Source: Octopus sinensis (taxonomy: Eukaryota). Taken from it: a stretch of DNA of 64,000 nucleotides. The translations under genes were made by a program, and so were the position numbers. The notes beneath the pieces are model-generated. The model ran no database searches. It was given only the letters and a program-made list of their open reading frames with translations, and was not told the DNA's origin. How positions within the stretch are numbered: the first letter of the stretch is position 1; each line of letters starts with the position of its first letter. Shown in pieces: positions 39,072 through 52,280 of the stretch. Location of the stretch: contig NC_042997.1 of assembly GCF_006345805.1 (NCBI RefSeq), positions 138,446,001 through 138,510,000 of the forward strand, read 5' to 3'.

Positions 39072-39460
39072 TCTTCTATTTGTTTCAGTCATTTGACTGT
39101 GGCCATGCTAGAGCACCACCTTAAATGTTATTTTTTAGTTGAAGAAACCGACCCCAGGACTTATTCTTTGTAAACCTAGTACTTATTCTATTGGATCTCT
39201 TTTGCTGACCCACTAAGATACAGGGACATAAACATACCAACATCAGTTGTTAAGCGATGGGGGGCAAAGACAGACACAAAGACACACACATACATATCAC
39301 AGGCTTCTTTCAGTTTCTGTGTACCAAATTCACTCACAAGGTTTTGGTTGGCCCAAGGTTATAGTAGAAAACACTTGGCCAAGGTGCCACATAGTGGGAC
39401 TGAACCCGGAGCAAAGTGGTTGGGAAGCAAGCTTCTTACCACACAACCACACAAATACCT
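39072..39460 (-). mobile_element. SINE family A, older copy
   Basis: tgtttcagtcatttgactgtggcc...gggactgaacccgg...cttaccacacaacc. Confidence 0.8.
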
Positions 39461-40027
39461 GTATGTAATAAATTTGTTGAAAATTCATTTATTGAAACTA
39501 ATTTCATTGTTGTTGCCATTTTAACATCTACTTTTCCACACTTGCATGGAACAGACAAAAGTCTGTGAGGGCAGAGTTTTCTCCAGTCATATATTCTTGT
39601 TGTCAATCTCAAACCCACCTCCACCTGTTTCTAAGCGAATTAATAATATCAGTCTACCAAACAACAAACATGTTTTCTGTGGAGAACCAAAAACAAATGT
39701 CACCATATATATTTACAAAGATTGCACAACATATCACGTCACGTCAAGAAGCCTGGACACGTTTTCATGGTGAACTGCAAGCAAATGACGCAGTCAGTAG
39801 GCTGTTGTTTACAAACCAGTAAATGTGAGGGAAATATGAACTCATCATGATATAATTGGCACATAATTTGTTACCAAATCTCATAACACACACTTAGAAA
39901 CAAAAATAAGTTAGGAACTGTTGATGTGTCAGTATCATCTGTTGTCCACAGTAGTTGATTTTTAACATTTGATGAGGCAAAATTTATTAATGCTTATCTT
40001 AAAACTGCTTGTATTGTTTACAGTACA

Positions 40028-40430
40028 GAAGTAAGTGTGGTTGTGTGGTTAAGAAGCTTGCTTCCCAACAACATGGTTTGGGGTTCGGTCCCACTGCGTA
40101 GCACCTTGTGCAAATGTCTTCTACTGTAGATTTGGGCCGACCAAAGCCCTGTGAGTAGATTTGGTAGATGGAAACTGAAAGAAGCCCACTGTGTATATGT
40201 ATATATATTTATCTAAGTGTGTCTTTGTCCCCCTACCCCACCACTACTTAAAAACCGGTGCAAGATGTTTACACCCCCATAACCTAGCAGTTTGGTGAAA
40301 GAGAACAGTAGAATAAGTAACAGGCTTTAAAAGAAAAAAGATAGTACTGGGGTTGATACAATTGACTAAAACTTTTCCAAGGTGGTGCCTCAGCATAGCC
40401 ACAGTTTAATGACTGAAAGAGGTAAAGAAG
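40028..40430 (+). mobile_element. SINE family A, older copy
   Basis: gtgtggttgtgtggttaagaagc...gggttcggtcccactgcg...atgactgaaag. Confidence 0.8.
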
Positions 40431-40708
40431 GATATTAAATGCCTTTTATCTATTACTGTAAATTCATGGGTTGATATGCTTGTAGTGAGGACCTCATACA
40501 GCAAGAAAAAGCTTCATGTTTCTTTGGTTTCATAAGAACCTATCACAGGACAATATGCTGCCAATAAATCAAAGCTACTGGTGATAAACATGCCTTTTTC
40601 ATTTTTTAATTAAGATGTCTCTGGGGCTGTTTGGCTGATATGTCTAGCAAGTGAAGTGACTGCATGGCAATGCCACTGGTATTTCTGTTTCACACCTGTA
40701 ACACTCAC

Positions 40709-40771
40709 CATCTAACAAGTCTTTACTGGTTGGGTAAACTACTGAGTGAAGTAGCCCAACAAAACAATGTT
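40709..40771 (-). CDS. Candidate 63-nt linker or cassette exon between CUB and LDLa
   Basis: Acceptor ttggtttctaatttcag|AA, donor GATG|gtgagt. Open only in phase 1 (xHCFVGLLHSVVYPTSKDLLD), the phase the flanking exons require. The other two frames contain stops. Confidence 0.55.
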
Positions 40772-41854
40772 CTGAAATTAGAAACCAATGCTGTGTTTGA
40801 GCGAACAACAAAGCAGCATACGTTTTTCTGATGGCAACTTGCTTGAATTATTAGAGCCAGGTGGAGGGAAAGGGTTTTCAAAAACAAGGGGTACTGACAG
40901 GCAACAAAGCTACTTCACTATCAGCTAACTACAACTACTACTCAACTTTCCCACCCACACGTGAACATACATATATGTATAAATATATGTATGTATATAT
41001 AATCTTATAATGTCATGAATTCCATTAAAACTTCCTCACAATGTCAGTGCTAATAAATTCTGCCCACGTCTTACAAGTATTCCTCATTCTAACAGACATC
41101 ATTATCACAGATTTCATACATAACTTCCACACATGTCTCTAAACCAATTTCAGCGCAGGCTGTTATTCAAGAACTTTTAAACAGCTGGTCTTATACTTCT
41201 TAGCAGTGAGGAGTTTTGTTCTAATACTTCTAAATATCCTTGGAATAATATTTCACACCTGTAGGGAGTTCAAGGGCACACACTAGGCAGAATCAAGGTA
41301 AAAGGAAAAAAAAAAAAAGAAATCTAGTATGAAGCAGACGTATATGCATTAGGGTGAATTAGAGGCATATTTTCGATGAACCAGAGGTACATTTTAGAAT
41401 GAATAAAAGTTACCAAAAGATATGATGCCAGCAATTGATGAATTCAATGACACATTATTAAAACATCTACAGCTGTTGCCAACAGATGTAATTTACATAA
41501 CATTTAGTGCAAATTCAATTAACAGCTCGCTATTGTACTCAGTTACTTTACTTCTACTTTCATGTAGTGAATATAAGGCACTGAGAGAGCCTCTTTTTAG
41601 TCATGCAACCTGCTAAAAATAGCAGCCAAATTGCCATCAAATTATACCTGACAATCTTAGGTAAAGGAGATATTGAACTATGTAGAACATAATATGCAAC
41701 ACTGTAAAAACCAATTTACTCACTCCTCTGCTGGGCAGGCAAAGTTTGCTATTAACCTACTAGAGTAAATTTACTTCAGTTTGGGAACCTCTGCTTTACA
41801 AAATCCATAGTACTGCTTGAGTATCTTGAAAAACATGTTTAGGTGCTACAGCCA

Positions 41855-42140
41855 TGTAAAAGCACCCATGCCGGTGCCATGGGAAAGTCCCATGCTGGTG
41901 CTACATAGAAGCACCTGTGCTGGTGCCTGTAAAAATGCCCAAGCTGGTACCATATAAAAGTGCCTGTATTGGTGTCATGTAAAAGCACCTAGCACAATCT
42001 GTCAAGTGGTTGGCATTAGGAAGGGCATCCAGTCCTAGAAACCATATCCTAGACAAATGGAGCCCAGGCAGCTCTTTAGCTGGCCAACTCCTGTCAAACC
42101 GTCCAACCCATGCTAGCATGGAGAATGGACATTAAATGAG
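41855..42140 (+). mobile_element. SINE-like family B copy with ~22-bp 5' tandem units
   Basis: About six catgtaaaagcacccatgctggtgc-like units, then gtggttggcattaggaagggcatccag...aaaccgtccaacccatgctagcatgg. Confidence 0.75.
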
Positions 42141-42717
42141 GATGGTAAATATGATCAAAACTTCCCATGCAATATGTACAAGTTATTTCATTTTTTTAAT
42201 TTGATCTTCAAATGTATATTGTATGGATGTTAGACAATGGACAGTAAAAGCAACCAAAAAAAAAAAAAACCCCTCAAAACACTGAGATGAAATTGTTGGC
42301 ATTTAGAATGAGATGCTTTTGCCAAATTTCTGGCATTACATGGAGGGCCTACTGGACAACCAGTCAGTCTTAGAATGACTTAATGTGCTGGTTAAAAAGA
42401 GAGAATGACTTACAGATAAAACAAGAAAATGCAGTGGTTTGGTTATATTGGCAGAATGACTGGACTACTTGCAAATTCACACATATTTGGGTAAAATAGA
42501 AGGTAAAAAGAGAGTGACTAAAGGGACTGGTTCAAGGATACTGAGATGTAGACAGGGGAAGAGAACATCAGAATATATTATAAAGAAAGCCCATGATTGA
42601 AGTAGGTAGAAAATATTGGTGTAAAAAAAGTTCAAGTTTTCTAATGGCAGAAATATTTTGAGAATGACTTGACTTGGCATCAGAAAATCAAGAAGATTTA
42701 TAGCCATTGCCTTAGAC

Positions 42718-42959
42718 CAGCGTTTCTCAACCAGGATTCCCTGGAACCCTTGGGTTCTGCAAAAAGGTTCCTAGGAGTTCCATGAGAAAAAGTGAGACAA
42801 GCTAATGCTAATTTTATGATCATAATATTACTATATATGCACAACATATTGGTTATTGTAATATTGTAACATAGACATCATCCTATCTAACCTATTACAT
42901 TATCAAAAAAATATAACAACCATTGGGGATATATTTAGTGATGTCTGTAATTTGTGGAC

Positions 42960-43011
<52 letters not shown>

Positions 43012-43140
43012 ATTTACCATGTGAACTACAATGAAAAAATATGAGAAAGATACGGCATATAATTTTTTGTGTGCAGGGGTTCCTTGAGACATGTAATTTA
43101 TTTTAAGGCTACGCAAGGGTAAAAAGGTTGAGAAACACTG
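42718..43140. mobile_element. hAT-type MITE with perfect 8-bp TSD
   Basis: TIRs cagcgtttctcaacc / ggttgagaaacactg. TSD ccttagac at 42710-42717 and 43141-43148. Contains an internal (TA)n. Confidence 0.9.
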
Positions 43141-43424
43141 CCTTAGACATTATAACAGGCCTAAACATTTTGTGAGCTCCCAAAAAGTTTTACTTCAGAT
43201 GATGTGACAGAATAATAAGTTAAGCCAGTGAAGAAACCTCAATATCAGGGATTCTTAAGAGTGTTAGTGACCCCTTGGCAGTGTTCTGCGCTCAAAAGAG
43301 GATGCTGGGAGTGGTGGTTTTTAGAGGGGTTGTGATACTTTTCAGAAATTACATATCTCACCAAGTAAAAACCCTTATTTGGAACAGGGGATCTCGAAGC
43401 ACACAAAGCTATAAATAATCCTTT

Positions 43425-43790
43425 CTATTATTAGGCACAAAGCCTGAAATTTTTGGGGAGGGTGCTAGTTGATTATATTGACCTTACTGCTCAACCAGTA
43501 CTTATTCATCGACCCCCCCAAAAGGATGAAAAGCAAAGCTGATCTCAGATTAAGCCAGAAGAAATGTTACTAAAGTCTGTTGTCTGGTATGCTAATGATT
43601 CTGCCTGCTCACTGCCATATAAAGTTATAAATAATCCTTTCTACTATAGGCACAAGGCCTGAAATTTTGGGGTAGGGGACAGTCGATTACATCAACCTCA
43701 TTATGTAACTGGTACTTATTTCATCAACCCCGAAAAGATGAAAGGCAAAGGTGACCTTGGCGGAATTTGAAATCAGAATGTGAAGACAGA
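43425..43790 (-). mobile_element. Two tandem SINE C copies
   Basis: Both begin ataaataatcctttcta...ggcacaa.gcctgaaatttt and contain gatgaaa.gcaaag.tga.ct. Confidence 0.75.
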
Positions 43791-44029
43791 CACTTGCTTA
43801 CAACTATCACAGCAAGGAAATAGGCAGTCAGTCAGCCAGTCACACGCACACATGATGTGCATCTTTCAATTTCCGCTAACCAAATCCACACACAGGCTTT
43901 GTTAATCCTGGATCTATAGCATAAGACACTTGTTCAATGGTCCATGCAGTGGTACTGAACTCAGAACCATGTGGTTGGGAAGCAAACTTCTTACCACACA
44001 CACAACAACACCTGTGCTCATATGTCTTT

Positions 44030-44250
44030 TAGTCTTTTGTTTCAGTCATTTGACTGGCCATGCTGGAGCACCACCTTGAAGGGTTTTATAGTTGATGAAA
44101 TCAACCCCAGGTCTTATTCTTAGTAAGCCCAGTATTTATTTTATCAGTTCTTTTGCTGAACTGCTAAGTTACGGGGGTGTAAACACATCAACATTGGTTG
44201 TCAAGCAATGGTGGGGGAACAAACACAGGCACAAGGACACACACACACAC

Positions 44251-44312
<62 letters not shown>

Positions 44313-44482
44313 CACATATATATATATATATATATACACATATATATATATATATATACACATATATACGACAGGCTTCTTTAAATTTCTGTCTTCCAAA
44401 TCCACTCACAAGGCTTTGGTCAGCCTGAGGCTATAATAGAAGACATTTGCCCAAGGTGCTATGCAGTGGGACTGAACCCAGA
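44030..44482 (-). mobile_element. SINE family A, older copy (5' end missing)
   Basis: gtttcagtcatttgactggcc...gcagtgggactgaacccag with an internal (TA)n. A further 5' fragment lies at 43860-44015. Confidence 0.75.
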
Positions 44483-45374
44483 AGTTTATATGTAAATATA
44501 AGGAAGGTAGGATGGTCAACATTGGAACATCTTTGATCACAGGCTTGCACAATCAGGAAATTTACTGTCTTAAAAGTGTCCATAGTGTATGCTTTGTCAC
44601 ATGTTGCTCCAGATGCATAAGTTTCATTTAGAAATGGACAAATATCACACATGTGCATGCACCACACACACACACACACACACACAAACATTAAGATGGT
44701 GAGTGGACAAGTTACTGGCCTACTACCTCCACTCCTGTTGAACTGTCACATCCTTTCAATCAATTAGAGCTAATAACTGTTATCAGCTAATCAACAATAA
44801 TTAATTTAATTGATGCTTTTTTTTCTTCTTTGAAATTCAAACCCTTATAATACAACAAAAAAGTGGAGGAGATTGAAGTCTTGTATCAATGGTTAGAAAG
44901 AAAATTCTTAAAAAGATTCTCCTGTCTAGACACAAAATAATAAGTGACAAATAGGATCAGGAAAAATTATCTTCAAGATACTAAGTTTAATTATCCCAGA
45001 GCTTAAAAAAAAAAATGAAAAATGAAAAATTACAATAAAAAAAGTGAAGTAATAAATAAGAAATATGACTAAATTGTCATAGTTTAGCCATATTGAAAGA
45101 GACTTGAAGAAAGTTAACAGATGTTATTGCCAGGAGTATGCTAAAAAATTAATTCAAAAGCCTAGTTCTATGACATGACAACACTATTGCTGCTGCTACT
45201 ACTACTATTAATAATAACAATCCTTTACACTATAGGTGGAAAGTCTGAAATTTTGTTGGAGGGGGCTAGTTGATTACACTGATTTCAGTGCTGAATGGTA
45301 CTTATTTCAATAATCCTGAAAGGATGAAAGTTGACTTGGTGGAATTTGAACTCAGAATGTGTAAGTAAGCACAA

Positions 45375-46195
45375 GCGTAGCTGTGTGGTAAGAAGCTTGC
45401 TTCCCAACCACATGGTTCCAGGTTTAGTTTCAGCGATCCTGGAAAGATGAAAGACAAAGTTGACCTTGGTGGAATTTGAACTCAGGATGTGTTAATAGGT
45501 ACAGGTGTAGCTGTGTGATAAGAAACTTGCTTCCCAACCACAATTCCAGGTTCAGTCCCACTGCATGGTACCTTGGACAAGTGTCTTCTACTATTGTCTT
45601 GGGCCAACCAGAGCCTTGTGAGTGTATTTGGTAGATGGAAACTGAAAGAAGCCTGTTTATTTATATGTGTATGTCTGTGTTTATCCCTTGCCACTGCTTG
45701 GCAACCAGTGTTGGTTTGTTTATGTCCCTGTAACCGTCGAACCCATGCTAGGATGGAGAACGGACGTTAAACAATGATGATGATGAATGATGAACAGCAA
45801 AGTTGACCTCCATGGTTTTTATAATAATAATTGCTTCAAATTTATGTCCAATAGTTACAGGCATGGCTGTATGGTAAGAAATTTGCTTCCCAAACACATG
45901 GTTCTGGGTTCACTCTCACTGTGTGGCATCTTGGGCAAGTGTCTTTTATTATGGCCTTGGGTTCCATAGCCTTGTGAGTGGATTTGGCAGTTGGAAACTG
46001 AAAGAAGTCCATTGTATATGTATGTGTGTGTGTGTGTATCTTTATTCTCCATTACTACTAGGCAACTGATGTTGGTGTGTTTACATTCCCGTAATTTAGT
46101 GATTCAGAAAAAGAGACTGATAGAATAAGTATAAGTATGAGGCTTTATAAAGAGTACTGAGGTCAATTCATTCGACTAAAATTCTGCAAGGCCAT
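45375..46195 (+). mobile_element. Cluster of SINE A copies and fragments
   Basis: SINE A heads at ~45375, ~45500 and ~45857. The 45500 copy ends in a SINE B 3' terminus. Confidence 0.7.
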
Positions 46196-46399
46196 GGTCA
46201 GATGAATGTAATAAGTAAAAAATAAAAAAAGATGGAAAAAAAAAATACGCCAGCAGTTTTGGTTAGTTGATACCTTCAACCCAAGGATATGACCTTGGTG
46301 GAATTTGAATTCAGAATGTAAAGCACTGAAACAAATACAACATATTTTGTCTGGTGCTTTAACCATTCAGCCATCTGCTGCTGTCCTCTACATTAATTG

Positions 46400-46945
46400 T
46401 TTATAATAATTGTTTCTAAGATAGGCACCATGCCTGTAATTTAGGAGAGGAGGTTAGTCAATTAAATTGCTTCTGGTGTTTGACTGGTATTGACTTCACT
46501 GATTGTGAAAGGATGAAAGGCAAAGTTGACCTCAAGTGGCATTTGAAATTCATAATGTAAAGACGAACTAAATGTGACTGCGCAATAATAATAATCCTTT
46601 CTACTAGGGGCACAAAGCCTGAAATTTTGAGAGAGGAGGCTATTCGATTGCTTTGACCCCAGTGATAAACTGGTACTCATTTTATTGACCCCAAAAGAAT
46701 GAAAGGCAAAGTTGACCTTTGCGGAAATTGAACTCAGAGTATAAAGACAAATACAATGTCACTAAGCATTTTGCCTGGTGTGCTAACAATTCTGCCAGCT
46801 TACTGACTGGTATTTATTATATTGACCTCAAAAAGATGAAAGGCAAAGTTGACCTTGGTAGAAAATGAACTCGGAATGTAATAATGGATGAAATGCTTCT
46901 AAGCATTTTGTCTGGCATGCTAATGATTGTTAGCTCCATATTAAT
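46400..46945 (-). mobile_element. Tandem cluster of three or more SINE C copies
   Basis: Repeated aaggatgaaaggcaaagttgacct.g.tgga.atttgaa.tca units at ~46510, ~46695 and ~46835. Confidence 0.75.
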
Positions 46946-46984
46946 AATAATAATAATCATAATAAAGAATGACCTGATGCAGTA

Positions 46985-47515
46985 TGAGGCAGTGGCTCTT
47001 ATGGCTTCTAGTTGTAACTGATTGGAAGTGTTTTCACGTACATTATTTGTGGTAGCCCATCTTTATACCAAGAAAAAAAACATTCTCCTTAATACCACAG
47101 ATCTGTTTGTCACTTGTTTGACCTTAACCAATTGAGCATGTATCTTTGTGGCTGATGATATGAGCATCTCTGATCATGAGCAGAAGTAGTGGGGGAGCAT
47201 CCTAGCCATGTGTTGAGAGGAATTCGTTGGGGTTTGGATAATTCATCTTTGGAAACATGGGTGTTTTGTTCAACATCCTTAAACAACCCTTATTCAGGGA
47301 CTTTTGATGGGCTACTCAACCCGAAGAAAATTCTAACTGGGCCCCACCTGCAAGTCATGTGCTGTCTATCTTGATATGAGATCACCATGTTGTGCACATA
47401 TGGTTGTGATGCATGTGCCTGGTGTACTCTTGTCAGATAGGTAGTCAGGATGGGTATATTGTGCTTATATATTTTACCCCAGTGTCACTTTGATGGCATG
47501 CGCTGCTCTCTCATT
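46985..47515 (-). mobile_element. Dispersed repeat family F (fuller copy)
   Basis: Reverse complement of 20984-21380 with extra internal sequence. Flanked by (AAT)n on both sides. Confidence 0.75.
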
Positions 47516-47539
47516 CAATAATAATAATAATAATAATAA

Positions 47540-47712
47540 TGATGGTTTCAAATTTTGGTACAAGGCCAGCAAGTTCATGAGAAGGGGATAGTTGATTATA
47601 TCGACCCGTGTTCAACTAGTACTTATTTTATCGACCCCCTAAATGACAAAAGGCAAAGTCAACCATGGCAAAATTTGAACTCAAAATGTGAAGACAGGCA
47701 TGCTAATGATTC
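47540..47712 (-). mobile_element. SINE C copy adjoining repeat F
   Basis: ggtttcaaattttggtacaaggccagc...aggcaaagtcaaccatggcaaaatttgaactc. Confidence 0.7.
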
Positions 47713-48634
47713 TGACATAATATTATCCTTCTATAACCAGAAACCAGCCCATTTATTTGAAAAGAGAGTTTACATTGATAGAATTAGTCTCAGACAATGT
47801 AAACAAACTATTCTGAAATAAAGGACAGCTAATGTCATGATCCAGCAGACCTCGTTTGGTCAAAAACATTCTTGACAAGATCATGCATGTTTTTTTTTTA
47901 AGATGGTAAGTCAAGTGACATGATTTGAGGGAAGATTTGGCTGCCATTTCTAGCAGGCTGAGAGACCACATAGAGGCTTCTACGTTGGTTTACATTGGCA
48001 TAAAGCCACACATTTCTAAAAAGTGAAGACTACAATCAAATATATCAGTGAAACTGGTATATGACTGATATATCCAAACAAAATGTTGAAATTCAAAAGC
48101 TGACTAGACAAATGTGGTAACAAAAATTTTCAACAATCAAATTGTCGATAACATTTATTTAGAAAAAAAAAAAGTTTAAAAACTAAAGCAGTATATAAAA
48201 GAAGGCTGCCAAAAATAATTTGTTTTAAAATGAAAACAATTTTTAAAACTGAAATTATAAATTGTAAGTCACTGACCTAAAGCAAGTTCTCGTTTGATAT
48301 GGTCATTAACCTTAGTATGTTTTTTTTTTTAAATCAATTATGTTAAATTAATCCCAAGTGATATTTATTTGAGAATTTCATGTTAGCTTGCAGGATTTTC
48401 TTGATGAGTTTAGACATGGTCAGGTGGATTATTGAAATTGTTGTTTTTTTTAAAAAAAAAATAAATCCACTTTAATTTGGCTGATAAACTAATCTAACAA
48501 AAGTCAATTTCTGTGCATGTGTTCACATGGCTTCCTGGCTTAATTGGCAAGCCAGATAACTCCCACAAAAAACAAGAAGTATAGATACTTTCAACATACA
48601 AATAAAACAAATGCATTCATACACATATTTATAG

Positions 48635-49183
48635 GAGCGGTTCTCAACAGGGGTCCATGTAAAAATTTGTTAAAATTTATGTGCAATAAATTGGTTATAC
48701 TTCTAGAATACACAAAATATTTCAAAAATTTTTTTTATACAATTCCTAATATTTAATTACAAAAATATAAAAGGACTTTTTAAACATTGAATGCTTATGA
48801 GGGCCCATACAGGTACAATAAAAATTAAAGGGGTCCATAGGTAAAAAATGGTTGCGAACCATTTATCTATGGACTCCTTTGATTACTATTTTATTCTGGT
48901 GAACCCCCATAGTCATTCGATATTAAAAAAAATAGTTTTATAAAAACTTCTTTCAAAATTCCTATTTTGTGTTGCAAACATCCATTTGTGTAGGTTGAAA
49001 AATGCAAAATGTTGGAGAGAGGGAAACCTAGCAGTTTCTTGCAATATATACCAATAATATGTCTAGAGCAAAATTTTTTCAGTTCTCAAAATACTATTGA
49101 GGATCTCCAATTTTGTTATGTAGACCCTCAAAAATTTTACATGGACCCTCAGGGGCCATATGGATCCCCGTTGAGAACTACTG
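48635..49183. mobile_element. Tail-to-tail fusion of two hAT-type MITEs
   Basis: Outer ends gagcggttctcaac / gttgagaactactg. Central palindrome ggggtccataggtaaaaaatggtt-gcg-aaccatttatctatggactcc. Flanks atttatag / atctatac match at 6 of 8. Confidence 0.75.
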
Positions 49184-49392
49184 ATCTATACTAGCAAATG
49201 TAAATTTCTGTATGTATGGCTCAACCACCACCCACAGAGAAGAGAGTTTACCCCAATAAATAGCATAAACTTAGAATCAGAATAACCACAGACCTGTGAT
49301 TCAAATTCAAACCACTCTATAACACCTTTTTTTTGTGCTGTTTAAACCTGTTACTGTGGAAATCGGACAAATCTACTTAAAATTTCCTTACC

Positions 49393-49585
49393 CTTAACTG
49401 CAGAAAGCACGTTTTTATAACCAAACTACTTTTTGTTGAGAAATGTCATGTTTGAAACAAATTTTCGTAGAGAGATGTCAAGTTTATTGAGGTAATATGA
49501 CTTACAGAAAATACCAATTCTAATTTTTGGTAGATATTTAACATCATTACTGCAATAACCATAAAATTTAATTTTGCAGTTAAAG
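49393..49585. mobile_element. MITE with short TIRs
   Basis: cttaactgcagaaa / ttttgcagttaaag. Confidence 0.5.
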
Positions 49586-50669
49586 TGTAAATGGTGTTAT
49601 TTCAGAGTTTATTGTAAATGATGCTGTACAAATATTTCTTTTATTAAGAAAATTGGAAATGATAGAACTCATTTTATCTTTACTCATGGAAATACAAAAT
49701 CTAAGAGCAGCATTTTAGTTTCAGAAGTAACAACATGAGTTCTATAAAACTGAATTCTAAGAGGTAAAAAAAAAAAAAAAATAAAAGTCATTAAGCTCTC
49801 TTTCATGTTATTACAGTTTCCCAATTTTCTTTTTATTATTGAACCAATGTAAACATCCTTACTTTCTATTGACAAAAATTTATCACCTTTTGCTAGTGTT
49901 AAACCATTTGTAACATCATTGCACCTTGAGTCTTTACACATTGCGCTGCATGTTGCTTTGCTTTCAACTGCTTTTAAAGCACACATACGACTCAGATTTG
50001 GTGCATGTGAATAGTTATGAAGAATCTTTTGGATAATATTGGCCAAGTCAAATCATAGCTCAAAGCATTTCTAATGTTATCTCCAATAAACATGGGTTTC
50101 TTGTTTTCTGTTGACAAAGTAATATGTATTCTTTAAACAAGAATTTTCTAATTCTTAAAAAAAAAAAAAATCATTGTTTTGCACCGTGCACAATGAGATC
50201 TGAAATGATTATTTACGTATTTAGTGTTAATATGTCCAGGTAAATAGTCATTTCCATGTAAATAATTGTTTCAGATCTTGTCATACATAGTTCAAATAAC
50301 GATATTATACCATTTGCCAGATGGTAAGCATCGATCAGCAAATGATTTGTTTGCCGAAAATATAAACAAAGCCAGTGGCTGGATGCTTCTGGCTGATGTA
50401 ACAAAACATGTTGAAACACCAGTATCCTAGAATCCCATATTTCAATGAGCTGAGTCTGTTGAACACCCTGTTGTCATAAAAGGGAGGAGCTACTCAACTA
50501 TAACTACAGCGACCAGCATAATTTGTGTCTGAACCTGTCTGGAAGTATTAAGTATATACAAATAATCTTTTCTAATTGTTACTAGTTACAAATTCCATTA
50601 ATACAATATGGCAGAAAGTGTAAACTAGTGTTTCTGGAAGTATTCTATGTTTGAGGGGAAAAATTTGCA

Positions 50670-50692
50670 GTGAGATAGATAGATAGATAGAT

Positions 50693-50772
<80 letters not shown>
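50670..50772. repeat. Compound (GATA)n(TA)n(GA)n microsatellite
   Basis: Direct reading. Confidence 0.9.
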
Positions 50773-52280
50773 CATGTACATGCACATGTGTGTGTAATAA
50801 TCATCCACATGCTTATTATCAAGGCACTGGAAATTATTTGCTTCAAAATATGAGAAGAAACAACCTATATAAATGTCTAAATTTGCAGAAGTATTCAACC
50901 CTACCAGCACTGAAATGGGGAAAATAAAAATAGTAAATAAAGCGGAAAGAATATTAAAAAAGCAAAATTCCCCTGCATAAAACTTATTAATGAATATAAA
51001 ATGTCTAAGTTGGTGAGAAATTGAGGGAGTCAAGCATAAACTTTGGCACTATAGCACGTTCCGTTGGAACAGTGCCACAAAACTGTATTAGGATATCTAT
51101 CTGTGCAAGTAAGTGTCTTTTACACACATATATTATATTTATTATATACATTGCATAATAGGAATGATAACAAGTAAACATATCATCTCAGAGTAATGGA
51201 GAAATAATTGCTAGACAGGCAATATTGAAGATGACAATATGATAGATGGGAGAGTAGACACATGTTTGAAGAACTACATAGTTTTATTGTCCTTCAAGTA
51301 CACTATATGCTATGCCTAGTGGATGACAAGTTAATGTGCCGGGGTTGCTTGTCCAAAATGTCAAGCTTTGCTCTAAGCTTTGTGAGTGAAACTGGGTGGA
51401 AACCTATCGAGTGGATTTAACTGTTGTTGGGTTGTAGACTTAACCCATTACTCAGTTTAACACAACCACCTGGTCCTTGGAAATTTTAGTGGACTCCGAT
51501 CTGTATAATGTGCAAGTTGTGAGAACGAAGGACAAGATATCCTTTACTGTTCCAGAACCAATAAAATGAAGTACCAGTCCAGGCAATGGACTAGAAGAAC
51601 AGTGGGTCACATGAAATACTTTCAGCATTTATTTCAGCTCTTGGTGTTCTGACTTCTTCAGTGATGGATTTAAACCTTTGCTTGTCCTGTGTATCATATA
51701 TGATGTATGGATGGAACTAAATACCATAGCATATTTAGGTTCAGGTGTAGCCGTGTGGTAAGAAGTTTTTTTCCCAACTACAGGATTCTGGGTTCTGTTC
51801 CACTGTGTGATACCTTGGGCAAGTGTGTTCTACGATAGCCCTGGGCCAACCAAAGCCTTCTGAGTTATTTGGTACATAGAAATTGAAAACAAACCTATCA
51901 TGTATGCATGTGTGTTACTATCTCCTTGCTTAATGAAAAGAAAAAAAATTATGAAGCAGAGGAAAGTAAAGGAAAGAACAAAAGTTGGCTGAGATCAAGA
52001 AATAATTAATGAAGATCTTAATTTAGGGTTAGTGATTCTGATACATTTCTTTTGGTTGTAAATTCCCACATGACAAAAGTACAGCTCATCCCTAAGAATT
52101 AAATTTTGCATGATTTTTTTAACTACTCAACATTTCAGACTTGTACATGTCTAGCAAGTAACATGATATGAGACCATGTGTTGAAACTGAAGCAATTTTA
52201 TCATGGAAAAACCATCTTAGTCATCTAAAAACACATAATAACTGTTAAATTAATTCTCTGTTTATTCTGTGAGGTGTGTC

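Noticed and set aside
49392-49397. 6-nt in-frame microexon candidate (cag|TTAAGG|gtaagg, minus)
   Set aside because: The splice-like motif coincides with a MITE terminal inverted repeat.
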